64,000 nucleotides of DNA from an uncultured Solirubrobacterales bacterium (GTDB lineage Bacteria; Actinomycetota; Thermoleophilia; Solirubrobacterales; Solirubrobacteraceae). Below, piece after piece: positions 17,625 to 29,063 of the stretch. The stretch is from positions 799,730 through 863,729 of the forward strand of contig CAVWIT010000002.1 in assembly GCA_963755165.1 (NCBI GenBank). Direction: 5' to 3'. Both the position numbers and the translations under genes were made by a program. The notes under the pieces are model-generated. The model was not told the origin of the DNA. It did not search any database and was given only the letters and a program-made list of their open reading frames with translations. Position 1 is the first letter of the stretch, and each line of letters starts with the position of its first letter.

Positions 17625-17903
17625 TTGACGAAGTCCGAGTTGGTTGACCAGGTCGCGGATCGCTCAGAGCTGACCAAAGTGCAGGCCGCTCGCGCGATCG
17701 ACGCGGTGCTTGACACTGTCCAGGACACCCTGCGGCGCGGTAGTGAGGTTACCCTTTCCGGGTTTGGCCGCTTTCACGTCGCCGAGCGTGGCGCGCGCCG
17801 GGGAGTCAACCCGCGCACCGGCGAGCGCATCCAGATCGCCGCCTCGCGCGTCCCGCGCTTCAGCGCGGGCAGCGGCTTGAAAAGCGCTGTCCGGGGTCGC
17901 TGA
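17625..17903 (+). CDS. hup: HU-family nucleoid-associated DNA-binding protein
   Basis: TTG start preceded by GAGGAGG. MTKSELVDQVA...GFGRFHVAERGARRGVNPRTGERIQIAASRVPRFSAG is the HU signature. Confidence 0.9.
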   Translation: MTKSELVDQVADRSELTKVQAARAIDAVLDTVQDTLRRGSEVTLSGFGRFHVAERGARRGVNPRTGERIQIAASRVPRFSAGSGLKSAVRGR

Positions 17904-17909
17904 GTCCCC

Positions 17910-18830
17910 GTGGCGCCGCGTCCGTTCGGCGACACGCTCGCCGCGCGGGTCGCTGAGCGCGAGTCCCAGATCGTGCTCGGGCTCGATCCCGACCCGGGAG
18001 CCTTGTGGCCGGGCATAGGCAAGTCTGGCTTATCCCCGGCTGCCTCCCCGGCGCAGCGGGCCGCGGAGGCGGTTGAGGATCATTGCTGCGCTCTGATCGA
18101 CGCGGCTGGGCCGGCGTGTGTCGCGGTCAAGCCTCAGCTCGCGTGCTTCGAGCGTCTCGGCGCCCCTGGCCGGACCGCCCTGGAGGCGGTGGCGCGGCAC
18201 GCTCGTGACGCCGGCCTGCTCGTGATCGCCGACGGCAAGCGCGGGGACATCGACGTGACCGCGTGCGCCTATGCCCAAGCGTTGTTCGGTGGGGTGGAGA
18301 CGCCCTTTGGCGAGGTCTCCGGGCTGGGTGTGGATCTGGCCACCGTCAACCCTCTGATGGGCGGCGATGCGGTCGAGCCGTTCGTCTCTGCCGCGCGCGC
18401 CACCGGCGCTGGCGTCCTCCTGCTCGTGCGCACGTCCAACTCGGGCGCGACCGACGTCGAGGACCTGGAGCTGGCGGGCGGGGGCTCGGTGTGGGAGCGG
18501 CTGGCACGCCTCGTGGACGAGCTAGGCCGATCTGGCGTGGGGGACGGACCCCTCAGCGATGTGGGCGCCGTCCTCGGCGCAACCGCCCCGGGCCACATCG
18601 AGCGCGCGCGCGAGCTGATGCCGCGCGCCGTGTTCCTGCTTCCGGGCGTGGGCGCGCAGGGAGGCCGCGTCGAGGACCTGTCGGCTGCGTTCGCGCCCGG
18701 GCGGGCGGGAGGTCTCGTCAGCGCCTCGCGCAGCATCGCGGGGGCATATCTCGCCGGCGGCGGCGATCCCGCCCAGGCGGCCCTTGCCGAGGCCGAGCGG
18801 TTGCGCGCGGTGGCCTGGAAGTTGGGGTAG
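17910..18830 (+). CDS. pyrF: Orotidine 5'-phosphate decarboxylase, type 2
   Basis: 306 aa. LGLDPDP, VKPQLACFE and ADGKRGDI motifs of long-form PyrF. Confidence 0.85.
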   Translation: MAPRPFGDTLAARVAERESQIVLGLDPDPGALWPGIGKSGLSPAASPAQRAAEAVEDHCCALIDAAGPACVAVKPQLACFERLGAPGRTALEAVARHARDAGLLVIADGKRGDIDVTACAYAQALFGGVETPFGEVSGLGVDLATVNPLMGGDAVEPFVSAARATGAGVLLLVRTSNSGATDVEDLELAGGGSVWERLARLVDELGRSGVGDGPLSDVGAVLGATAPGHIERARELMPRAVFLLPGVGAQGGRVEDLSAAFAPGRAGGLVSASRSIAGAYLAGGGDPAQAALAEAERLRAVAWKLG

Positions 18831-18842
18831 TCTGAACCGGCA

Positions 18843-19805
18843 ATGATCATCACGGTCACGCTCAACGCGGCGATCGACAAGTCGCTCTCGGTGCCGAACT
18901 TCCGGCTCGGGCGCCGCCATCGCACCGTCGAGCAGCGCACGATGGCCGGCGGCAAGGGCGTCAACATCGCGCGCACCCTCAAGGCGCTGGGGCAGCCCGT
19001 GATCGCGACCGGGTTTGCCGGTGGCGTCACTGGCACGCACATCGTCGAGCAGCTGACCGACGAGGCGATCCTCAATGACTTCGTGCGCATCCGTGAGGAG
19101 TCGCGCACGAACACCTCCGTGCTCGACCCGACGAGCGGCGAGCAGACCGAGATCAACGAACGCGGCCCGTCCGTGTCCGAGCGTGAGGTGGAGCTGTTCG
19201 CGGACAAGCTCTCCTACCTCGCGCGCGGCGCCGCGATCGTCGTGTTCGCGGGCTCGCTGCCACGCGGCGTGGACCCCAGCATCTACGCTTCGCTGATTCG
19301 CGATCTCGCCCGGATGGAGGTCACAACCGTGGTCGACACCGACGGCGAGCCCCTGCACCACGCGGTTCGCGCCGAGCCCGACGTCGTCTCGCCCAACGTG
19401 CTGGAGGCCGAGGAGCTGGTCGGCCACGAGTTCGCCGGCGAGGAGGAGCGCTCGTTGGCCGTGCGCGAGATCGCCGAGCTCGGTCCCCGTGAGGCGATCA
19501 TGACGCTTCCCGACGGCTGCTTCGCGCAGGTCCTGATCGACGGCCGCCCGTGCCTGAAGCGCGCTCGCATAGAGCCGCGCGAGCCGATCGCCAAGCGCGG
19601 TTCGGGCGATGCCTTCCTCGCCGGCTACGTCGCCGCGCGCTATGAATCGCGTCCCCCCGACCAATGCCTGCGCTTCGGCGTCGCCTGCGGCGCGGAGTCC
19701 ACTGGGCGCCTCGGCGCGGGACGGATCGACCCGCGCGAGGCCCGGCGCTTGATGGGCGAGGTTGAGTTGACCGAGGTGGAGCCGGTCACCTCTAAGGTCA
19801 GCTGA
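18843..19805 (+). CDS. PfkB-family sugar-phosphate kinase (1-phosphofructokinase/tagatose-6-P kinase subgroup)
   Basis: MIITVTLNAAIDK, GGKGVNIAR and a C-terminal GSGDAFLAG motif. Confidence 0.85.
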   Translation: MIITVTLNAAIDKSLSVPNFRLGRRHRTVEQRTMAGGKGVNIARTLKALGQPVIATGFAGGVTGTHIVEQLTDEAILNDFVRIREESRTNTSVLDPTSGEQTEINERGPSVSEREVELFADKLSYLARGAAIVVFAGSLPRGVDPSIYASLIRDLARMEVTTVVDTDGEPLHHAVRAEPDVVSPNVLEAEELVGHEFAGEEERSLAVREIAELGPREAIMTLPDGCFAQVLIDGRPCLKRARIEPREPIAKRGSGDAFLAGYVAARYESRPPDQCLRFGVACGAESTGRLGAGRIDPREARRLMGEVELTEVEPVTSKVS

Positions 19806-19937
19806 CTGCTTGAAGATGCCCCTGAGGCGGTCGAGGGTCGAGCGGGGCAAGACTGACGAGGCCCGCCCACCCCGCGTGGCGTGCTACGCACGCGAGCGAC
19901 CGAGGACGCTGCATCCGCGAAGCGCCATCGACCCGTC

Positions 19938-20819
19938 TCAGCCGCCCGCGACGTCGCGGCGCAGGAACACCAGGTAGGCGGCGAACAGCGCCGGGACCAT
20001 GTACAGCGCGCAGACCCACGCCGAGTGCCAGATGGGCGCCCAGTCGGTGGGAGTGCGCAGGAGGCCGTGCCAGTTCTCGTACTGTTCGGTGAGCAGATAT
20101 GGCTTGAGGCCTTCGATACCCGGGATCTGCGCGACTATGAACAGCAGGATCGTGAATCCCACGGTGCCGACCACGGCCGCGGCGCTGTTGCGGGTCGTGG
20201 TGGACAGCAGCACGCCGATCGCGGTAACGGTCAGCAGTGGGATCAGATAGCAGGCGTTGGCGGCGAACACCAGCAGCAGTCCTTCCGGCGCCGAGACCAC
20301 GGTGCCCGAGAACGTGACCACGTGGTGAAAGCCCCACGCCGCGACACCCGCGACCGTCGCGACGACGGCCGACAGGAACACTGCGATCGTCGCATAGGTC
20401 ATCGCCGCGAGCGTCTTGGCGGCGAACACCTGGCCGCGATCGACCGAGCGCGTCAGGATTGTCTTCAGCGTGCCGTTGCCGTCCTCGGCGGCGACGATGT
20501 CTCCCGCCACCAGGGCGGCGATCAGGGGCAGCATGAACACGGACAGGAACAGCAGCATCAGCACCGGCGTGGCCAGGCCCGACTGGGTGATGTGCGAGGC
20601 GAAGATATTGCCCTGGTCGTGGCCGCGATGGTTGCGCAGGCTCTGGGCGAGCACGAAGATCAGCGGCAGGATCGCCGCCAATCCGAGGCCGAGGTAGGTG
20701 CGCTTCTGCGAGACGAGCTTGCGCAGCTCCCAGCGGTAGGCCGTCACGGTGGACGGCCGCCGCACGCGAGCGGCGCCAATCGGAGTCGCGGGCGCAGCGC
20801 CGACGGCCGTGCTGCTCAC
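19938..20819 (-). CDS. ABC-2 type transporter permease
   Basis: The GTG at 20819 overlaps the ATPase stop (GTGA). The 293-aa product is multi-TM. The upstream part of the 436-aa track ORF overlaps the ATPase gene. Confidence 0.75.
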   Translation of the reverse strand: MSSTAVGAAPATPIGAARVRRPSTVTAYRWELRKLVSQKRTYLGLGLAAILPLIFVLAQSLRNHRGHDQGNIFASHITQSGLATPVLMLLFLSVFMLPLIAALVAGDIVAAEDGNGTLKTILTRSVDRGQVFAAKTLAAMTYATIAVFLSAVVATVAGVAAWGFHHVVTFSGTVVSAPEGLLLVFAANACYLIPLLTVTAIGVLLSTTTRNSAAAVVGTVGFTILLFIVAQIPGIEGLKPYLLTEQYENWHGLLRTPTDWAPIWHSAWVCALYMVPALFAAYLVFLRRDVAGG

Positions 20820-21853
20820 CGGGTCTCCTCTAGCGCCCGAGCGGTCGCGGCCAGCCCCGACACGGCGGCGCCCAGTGGACCTCCGGGCAGGGCGCCGTCG
20901 TCGCTCGACTCGCCGGCTGCGGGATCGCGCGCGTCGTTGCTGCCCTCCGTCAGCCTGAAGAACAGGTCCTCGAGCGTCGCCAGCTCGGGGGTGAGCGCGA
21001 GGATGCCCACCCCGGCCGTGCCGAGCGCGAGCGACAGCAGGCCGACGTGGGGCTCGTCGGCCTGGAAGCTCAGGCCGTGCTCGCTGCTCGATGCGTGCTC
21101 GAGGCCGGGCTGGGCGCGCATGATCTGCAGCGCTCGCGTATCGTCGGTGGTGCGCAAGCGGTAGCCGGCTCCGCCCTGGCGGCGCAGGTCTGAGAGTGCG
21201 CCCTCGTAGACCACGCGGCCGGAGTCGACGATCGCCACGCGGTCGCACAGTTCCTGCACCTCGGGCAGCTGGTGGCTGGAGAGCAGGACCGTGATCCCCT
21301 CGTCGGCCAGCCGGCGGATCAGCGCGCGCATGTCGCGCATGCCCGCCGGATCCAGACCGGTGGCGGGCTCGTCCAGGATCAACAGGCGCGGGCGGCGCAG
21401 CAGCGCCGCGGCGATCCCCAGGCGCTGGCGCATGCCGTGCGAGTAGCCGCCGACGCGATGCTCGGCGCGCGGGCTCAGCTCGACGATCTCGAGCACCTCA
21501 CCGATGCGCGCGTGCGCGCCGCCGCCATCCAGGGCCGCGAGCAGTTCGAGGTTCTTGCGGGCGCTCAGGTACGGATAGAAGCGGGGCGCCTCCACGAACC
21601 CCGCGACGCCCTGAAGGGCCCGCGCTCCCTCGCGGATGGGGTCGCGCCCGAATAGCTGCACTGTGCCCTCGGTGGGCATGATCAGGCCGAGGGCCATGCG
21701 CAGCGTGGTCGTCTTGCCGGCGCCGTTCGGCCCGAGGAACCCGTACACGTCGCCCGCGTGCACGTTCAGGTCGATGTGATCGACGGCCAAGACCTCCTTG
21801 TAGCGCTTGACCAGCCCCCGCGCCCGGACTGGAGGCGCCTCCTCGTCGGCCAC
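20816..21853 (-). CDS. ABC transporter ATP-binding protein
   Basis: Walker A GPNGAGKTT, signature YSHGMRQRL and Walker B LLILDEP. The GTG start at 21853 lies 1 nt after the upstream gene's stop. Confidence 0.9.
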   Translation of the reverse strand: MADEEAPPVRARGLVKRYKEVLAVDHIDLNVHAGDVYGFLGPNGAGKTTTLRMALGLIMPTEGTVQLFGRDPIREGARALQGVAGFVEAPRFYPYLSARKNLELLAALDGGGAHARIGEVLEIVELSPRAEHRVGGYSHGMRQRLGIAAALLRRPRLLILDEPATGLDPAGMRDMRALIRRLADEGITVLLSSHQLPEVQELCDRVAIVDSGRVVYEGALSDLRRQGGAGYRLRTTDDTRALQIMRAQPGLEHASSSEHGLSFQADEPHVGLLSLALGTAGVGILALTPELATLEDLFFRLTEGSNDARDPAAGESSDDGALPGGPLGAAVSGLAATARALEETR

Positions 21854-21854
21854 G

Positions 21855-22985
21855 CTACAAACCCTTGGCGACCGCTTCGAGCGCCGCCGGTCCGACCGCG
21901 CCGGCAATTAGATAGCGCACGCCCGAGCGCTCGAAGCTGAGCAGCGTGCCGAGCTCCGTGGGCAGCTCGGTCGCGGTCGTCCCGTTGATCTTGACCTGCT
22001 GCAGCCCTTCGGGCAGAGCCGGTGAGGATTCCTTTGCGCCCGCACCCGCTTTTGTCTTGCTTTCGAGTACCGCTATCGTCGAGAGCCCGTGGCCCTGGGT
22101 CATGACCTTCGGGTGTTCGCCGCTGCCCGTGGAGCCTGAGTGAGCGCCGCCACGTTCGGGGAGGGTGATTTCCTGCACCTTGGCGTTCGTTGGGGGCGTG
22201 AATTCGAACACCGACGCCTGCACTGGACCATAGGAGATGCTGGTGCTCGCCAGTTCGATCGCCGGCGAGGAGCTGGTGGAGGAGTAGATCGCCGCGCGCA
22301 GCGGGACGCCGTGGACGGCGTCCCAGGAGAGCTCGGCGCCGCCGAGCAGGCTGCCGCCTTCCTTGGGGGTGACGCGCACCGTGTATGCGGCCTGGCCGGC
22401 GACGTTGGTGGGCGTAGCGCCGGACACGTTCGCGTGGACGCTGAGGTGAGAGATCGCTTCTTCGATCTTGGCGACGGTTGGGACTTCGTGGTGTGCGCCC
22501 GAGTCCGTGCCCGCGCCTTCGCCCGTGCCGCCTTCATGCGCGGGCGGCGTGTAGCGGTAGAGGGTGTTCGAGGAGGCGTCGTACATCTGCACGGTGTGCC
22601 CGTCGTAGTAGATCTGGGTGTCGCCCTTTTCGGACTGCAGCTCCAGGCGCACGTGGCCTTCCTTTGAGATCCACAGCCGGCCGGAGGCGCCGGAGATCAG
22701 CGGGCTGGAGGTCAGCTGGCTGGCTTCGCCGCCGCCGCCGCCGGCGAGGTTGGCGCCTTCGAGCAGGTGGTCGGTCCACTGGATCTGTGCGCTGACGCCC
22801 TGCACCTGTCGTCCACTCGAACCGGTGAGCGTGTCGTGGATCGCGTCGGCGAGCGGCTTGGCCGGCGGCGTCGGACCCGTGCCCAGCGCGAACGCGAGCG
22901 CTGTGATCGAGATGCCGAGGACGACCACCAGCCCGCATAGGAGGAGCAGGCGCGACAGGGGCAGTCTGCGCAGTAGATAGGTCAT
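21855..22985 (-). CDS. Membrane-anchored LolA-like / DUF4367-like protein
   Basis: 376 aa. N-terminal anchor LLLLCGLVVVLGISITALAFAL, a beta-rich LolA-like region (RLWISKEGHVRLELQSEKGDTQIYYDG) and a C-terminal DUF4367-like end. It is the first gene of the ABC-2 operon. Confidence 0.6.
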   Translation of the reverse strand: MTYLLRRLPLSRLLLLCGLVVVLGISITALAFALGTGPTPPAKPLADAIHDTLTGSSGRQVQGVSAQIQWTDHLLEGANLAGGGGGEASQLTSSPLISGASGRLWISKEGHVRLELQSEKGDTQIYYDGHTVQMYDASSNTLYRYTPPAHEGGTGEGAGTDSGAHHEVPTVAKIEEAISHLSVHANVSGATPTNVAGQAAYTVRVTPKEGGSLLGGAELSWDAVHGVPLRAAIYSSTSSSPAIELASTSISYGPVQASVFEFTPPTNAKVQEITLPERGGAHSGSTGSGEHPKVMTQGHGLSTIAVLESKTKAGAGAKESSPALPEGLQQVKINGTTATELPTELGTLLSFERSGVRYLIAGAVGPAALEAVAKGL

Positions 22986-23096
22986 CTGCTTCCACTCCAG
23001 AGTAGCGCCCTAGCTTGCGTCAGCCTAAAGGGCTTCCGGCCCACCGGATCGCCGACTCTCCGCTCTGCGGACCGTCGGGCCGCGGCACTCGATAAG

Positions 23097-23639
23097 GTGC
23101 CCGCCTGCATGATCTACGTCTATGCGTTCATCGCATTCTGGGTGGTGCTCGGCCTCGGCGTGTTCTTCGTCGCGATGCGCGGTCCCCGCGGCCCGCGCGA
23201 GCGATCGTCCGAGCTTGATCAGCCGCACACCGAATCCCAGGCCGGCCAGCGCGCCGTCACGGTCGGGGTGGTGCTGCTGTTCGCGTTCGGGCTGATCGTG
23301 CCGGGGTTCGTGCTGGCCTCGAATGCCGAGCACAAGGCGAGCGTCGCGGTCGGCGGCCTGCGTTTGACGGCCGAACAGGAAAAGGGGCGCGAACTGTTCG
23401 CGCACACATGTGCGGTGTGCCACACGCTCGCGGCCACCAACTCCGTCGGTCGTATCGGCCCCAACCTCGACGTGCGTGTGGGCGATGACATCTCAACACC
23501 GGAAGGGCGTAAGGCGCTCGTGCTGAGTGCGATCGCCGAAGGCCGCGCTCGCGGCCTGGGCCAGATGCCGGCGCTGTTGTACCAGGGCAAGGAAGCCGAA
23601 GAGGTCGCCTCGTTTGTAGCCGCCGTCGCCGGCCACTGA
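23097..23639 (+). CDS. Membrane-anchored c-type cytochrome
   Basis: Two N-terminal TM helices, then the heme-c motif CAVCH and a distal Met region (GLGQMPAL). Confidence 0.8.
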   Translation: MPACMIYVYAFIAFWVVLGLGVFFVAMRGPRGPRERSSELDQPHTESQAGQRAVTVGVVLLFAFGLIVPGFVLASNAEHKASVAVGGLRLTAEQEKGRELFAHTCAVCHTLAATNSVGRIGPNLDVRVGDDISTPEGRKALVLSAIAEGRARGLGQMPALLYQGKEAEEVASFVAAVAGH

Positions 23640-25042
23640 GTCGGGGCCGCCGCCCGCCGCCGTCGCTGGGCACGGATCTCTTCGCCTCCCTCACACACGA
23701 CCTCTCCACGAGGTTTGGCCAACAGTCGATAGCGGGCGGGAGGGCCATCGGTTAAGGTCCGGCGCGATGGGAGCGCAGTCGACAGAGGAGCAGCCGCAGA
23801 CCGCGGAGGACGTCAAGGCGCTCGTGGCCGAGCACGAGATTCGCTTCATCCGGTTCTGGTTCACGGACATCCTCGGCCAGCTGAAGTCGTTCTCGATCAA
23901 CGCGGCCGAGCTGGAGGACGCGTTCGAGGCGGGGATGGGCTTCGACGGCAGTTCGATCACCGGGTTCAATGCGATCGAGGAGTCGGACATGATCGCGATG
24001 CCCGACCCGGGGACGTTCGCGGTGTTGCCGTGGCGCCCGGAGGAGCAGGGAGTGGGGAGGATGTTCTGCGACGTCGTCACCCCCGAGCGCACGCCGTACG
24101 AGGGCGACCCGCGTCACGTGCTGCGCCGCGCGCTGGAGCGCGCGCACGGGATGGGGTTCGACACCTTCAACGTGGGGCCTGAGCTGGAGTATTTTCTGTT
24201 CCGCGACAGTAAGGGCACCGAGGTGCTGGACCAGGGGGGGTACTTCGATCTGACGACCCTCGATGCGGGATCGGATGTTCGGCGCGAGACGGTTCTGGCG
24301 CTGGAGCAGCTGGGGATCCACGTCGAGTACACCCACCACGAGGTGGGGCCGAGTCAGCACGAGATCGACATGCGCTATGCGGATGCGCTGAAGATGGCGG
24401 ACGACTGCATGACGTATCGGATCACGGTGAAGGAGTACGCGATGAAGTACGGCTGGCACGCGACGTTCATGCCCAAGCCGCTGTTCGGCGAGAACGGGTC
24501 GGGCATGCACACGCATCAGTCGCTGTTCTCCGGGGGCAAGAATGCGTTCTACGATCCCGACGATCAGTACTTCCTGTCGGACGTGGGCAAGGCGTTCATT
24601 GCCGGCCAGCTCAAGCACGCGCGCGAGATCTGTGCGGTGTTCGCGCAGTGGGTCAACTCCTACAAGCGGCTCGTGCCAGGGTTTGAGGCGCCTGTGTATG
24701 TGGCGTGGTCGCGGCGCAATCGCTCGGCGCTGGTGCGCGTGCCGCTGTATCACCCGGGCAGAGAGAAGGCGACGCGCATGGAGCTGCGCTGTCCCGACCC
24801 CGCGTGCAATCCGTATCTCACGTTCGCGGCGCTGCTGCAGGCGGGGTTGGAGGGGATCGAGAAGGGGTATGAGCTGCCGGAGCCGATGGAGAAGAACCTG
24901 TACCACCTCTCCGGCGAGGAGCGCAGGCGCCTCGGCGTAGAGCAGTTGCCCGAATCGCTGGGCGAGGCGATCGAGCTGGCGGCCGAGTCGGAGCTGCTGC
25001 TGCGCACGCTCGGCGAGCACATGTTCAACCGTTACATCGAGA

Positions 25043-26998
<1,956 letters not shown>

Positions 26999-27068
26999 CA
27001 CGCTCAGCCTAGCTCTGCTTGTCTTGGAGATGATCGTCCGGGCGCCACCCGGAATCGATCGCCCGCCT

Positions 27069-29063
27069 TCAGCGTAGGTGGGCCAGGCCCGGCAGCGGGA
27101 ACACAACTCTGCCCACCGGCCATTCGCCACGACCGGCGCCGGCTCGGGCGAGCTTTACGTGCGCGATGCTCACGTCGAAGCGCCTGCCGCCGAGCGTGCC
27201 GCTGACCACCGGGCTGGCGCCGATCCTGACCGTGCCTTGCGCAGCTGTCGATCCGGATATCCGGATCGAGGCCGTCTGCAGCTGGCCGTTCTTGACCGGG
27301 AACGTCCCGCTGAGATCCACGCCCGGCACGAACGAGAGGGCGTGCAGCACCACCGCTGAGGTGTCCAGTCGCGCGTAACCCCCGCGCAGGCCGCCGAAGC
27401 TCGAGCCGATCGGCAGTTGTGCGTTGGCCTGCAGTGTCGCGCTGATCACCTGGCGGTTGAGGTCGAGGATCGTATCGAGCACGGCCGTCAGCGTCTGCCC
27501 GGGCCTGCCGCCGAGCACCGACGGCGGATGGATGTAGGCCAGGCGGGTCGGTGTGATCGGCGTGGGGGCGAACACATCCTTGGTGGACGTGCATGGCTGG
27601 ATTGGTTGCCCGCCCACTGCGCCGCCGAAGAACGCTTGCACCGCGAGCTCGGCGCAGCCGCTGAAGTCGCTGCCGAGGACCGAATGACCGGTGAACGGGA
27701 CCACGAGCAGTTGCGCATCCGGGATCTGTGCGGCGACGCTGCGCGCGCCCGACGTCGGCGTGCGCAGGTCCTGCTCACCGGAGAGGATCAGCGCCGGCAC
27801 ATCCGGCAGGGGGGCTTGGGCGGGCGGAGGCGGCGAGGCATCCGGCCAGCTCGCGCAGTCGGATACGAGGCTCGCGCTGAACGCCGTGGTCGCGTCAAAC
27901 GGGTAGAAGTCGCCGCTTGGCAGACTGTGCAGCGAGGCGAGCGCTTCCGCGAGCCGGGTCGGCGGGTCGGCGGAGCGCTGCCAGGGGAATGGCAGCTCTT
28001 CGCAGGAGGTGTCGATGAACAGCGCTTCGTCGATCGAGTCCGAGCTTTCGACCGGCCGGCTGCCGGGAACGTTCGGGATCAGACCCTCCGACAGCAGCTC
28101 CAATCGCAGCAGCGGGCCGGGATCTCGGCGCAGAGCCGAGACGACAGCTGCGGGCAGCAGTGCGCGCAGCGCGGGGTTCAGATCGCCCGCCTGCAGGATC
28201 CCCAGCAGATTCGTCTCACTCAGCCTGACTGCGTGCCTGTGACCAGAGCCGTCATAGACTGAGCCGCTGAGGGCGTGCTTGCGCAGCTGCGCGATCAGTC
28301 GCGCGAGGTCGGCGGTCGGATTCGAGGTGATCCCGGCGCAGGCCCGGTTCGCGCACAGCTCGCTCAGCACCGCGCCGATCGCCTGGAAGGTTCCAATCGC
28401 GAACGGTTCCGGCCCGTTGCTTGGGACGACCGAGTCGAGGACGAGGGCTTCCACGTGCTGGGGATAGCGCTCGGCGTACTCGAGCGCGACCTTAGTCCCG
28501 TAGGACGTTCCGTACAGCACGAGCTTTTCATAGCCCCCCGTCTGCCGGATCGCCTCGATGTCTTCCACTGATTCCGGGGTCGTGTAGCCGCCGCGCGCCG
28601 GTCCGAGCTGCAGCGCGCAGCGCCCGACCAGTTCGCCGATCGAGTGGGCCTGTTCGGTTTCGTCCGCACTGCTGAACGCCGAGCAGCTCAACGGATTCGA
28701 TTCACCGGTGCCGCGCTGGTCGAACACGAGCAGATCGCGCGATCCCAGCGCCGGGCCGATCGCCTTGGCGATGAATTCGCCCAACCCAAGCGCGGACTGG
28801 CCGGGGCCGCCCGCGAGCGCGATGACCGCGCTTTTGCTCGGGCTGGATCCCGCCGGCTTGCGCTCGACCTTCAGCGAGATCGTGCCGGGCACGGCTCCCC
28901 CGCGGTTCAGCGGCACGGGCACGGTTACGCAGGAGAAGCTCGCCGGGGCGTTACCCGTGCAGGGCGTGAATTCAGGGGAGGCGAGCGATGAGGAGGGCCA
29001 GCCTGCGAGCGCCAGCATTCCCAGCAGAGCCGCCAGAGCCGAGATTGGGGCTGGCCTGCTCAT
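27069..29063 (-). CDS. Secreted alpha/beta hydrolase, S33 tripeptidyl-aminopeptidase-like, with C-terminal beta-rich extension
   Basis: Signal peptide [21 protein letters not shown], then GGPGQS...FDQRGTGES, nucleophile elbow GTSYGT and C-terminal ...DLRTP...GHSVLG. Start 29063 is chosen for the signal peptide. Confidence 0.8.
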   Translation of the reverse strand: MSRPAPISALAALLGMLALAGWPSSSLASPEFTPCTGNAPASFSCVTVPVPLNRGGAVPGTISLKVERKPAGSSPSKSAVIALAGGPGQSALGLGEFIAKAIGPALGSRDLLVFDQRGTGESNPLSCSAFSSADETEQAHSIGELVGRCALQLGPARGGYTTPESVEDIEAIRQTGGYEKLVLYGTSYGTKVALEYAERYPQHVEALVLDSVVPSNGPEPFAIGTFQAIGAVLSELCANRACAGITSNPTADLARLIAQLRKHALSGSVYDGSGHRHAVRLSETNLLGILQAGDLNPALRALLPAAVVSALRRDPGPLLRLELLSEGLIPNVPGSRPVESSDSIDEALFIDTSCEELPFPWQRSADPPTRLAEALASLHSLPSGDFYPFDATTAFSASLVSDCASWPDASPPPPAQAPLPDVPALILSGEQDLRTPTSGARSVAAQIPDAQLLVVPFTGHSVLGSDFSGCAELAVQAFFGGAVGGQPIQPCTSTKDVFAPTPITPTRLAYIHPPSVLGGRPGQTLTAVLDTILDLNRQVISATLQANAQLPIGSSFGGLRGGYARLDTSAVVLHALSFVPGVDLSGTFPVKNGQLQTASIRISGSTAAQGTVRIGASPVVSGTLGGRRFDVSIAHVKLARAGAGRGEWPVGRVVFPLPGLAHLR

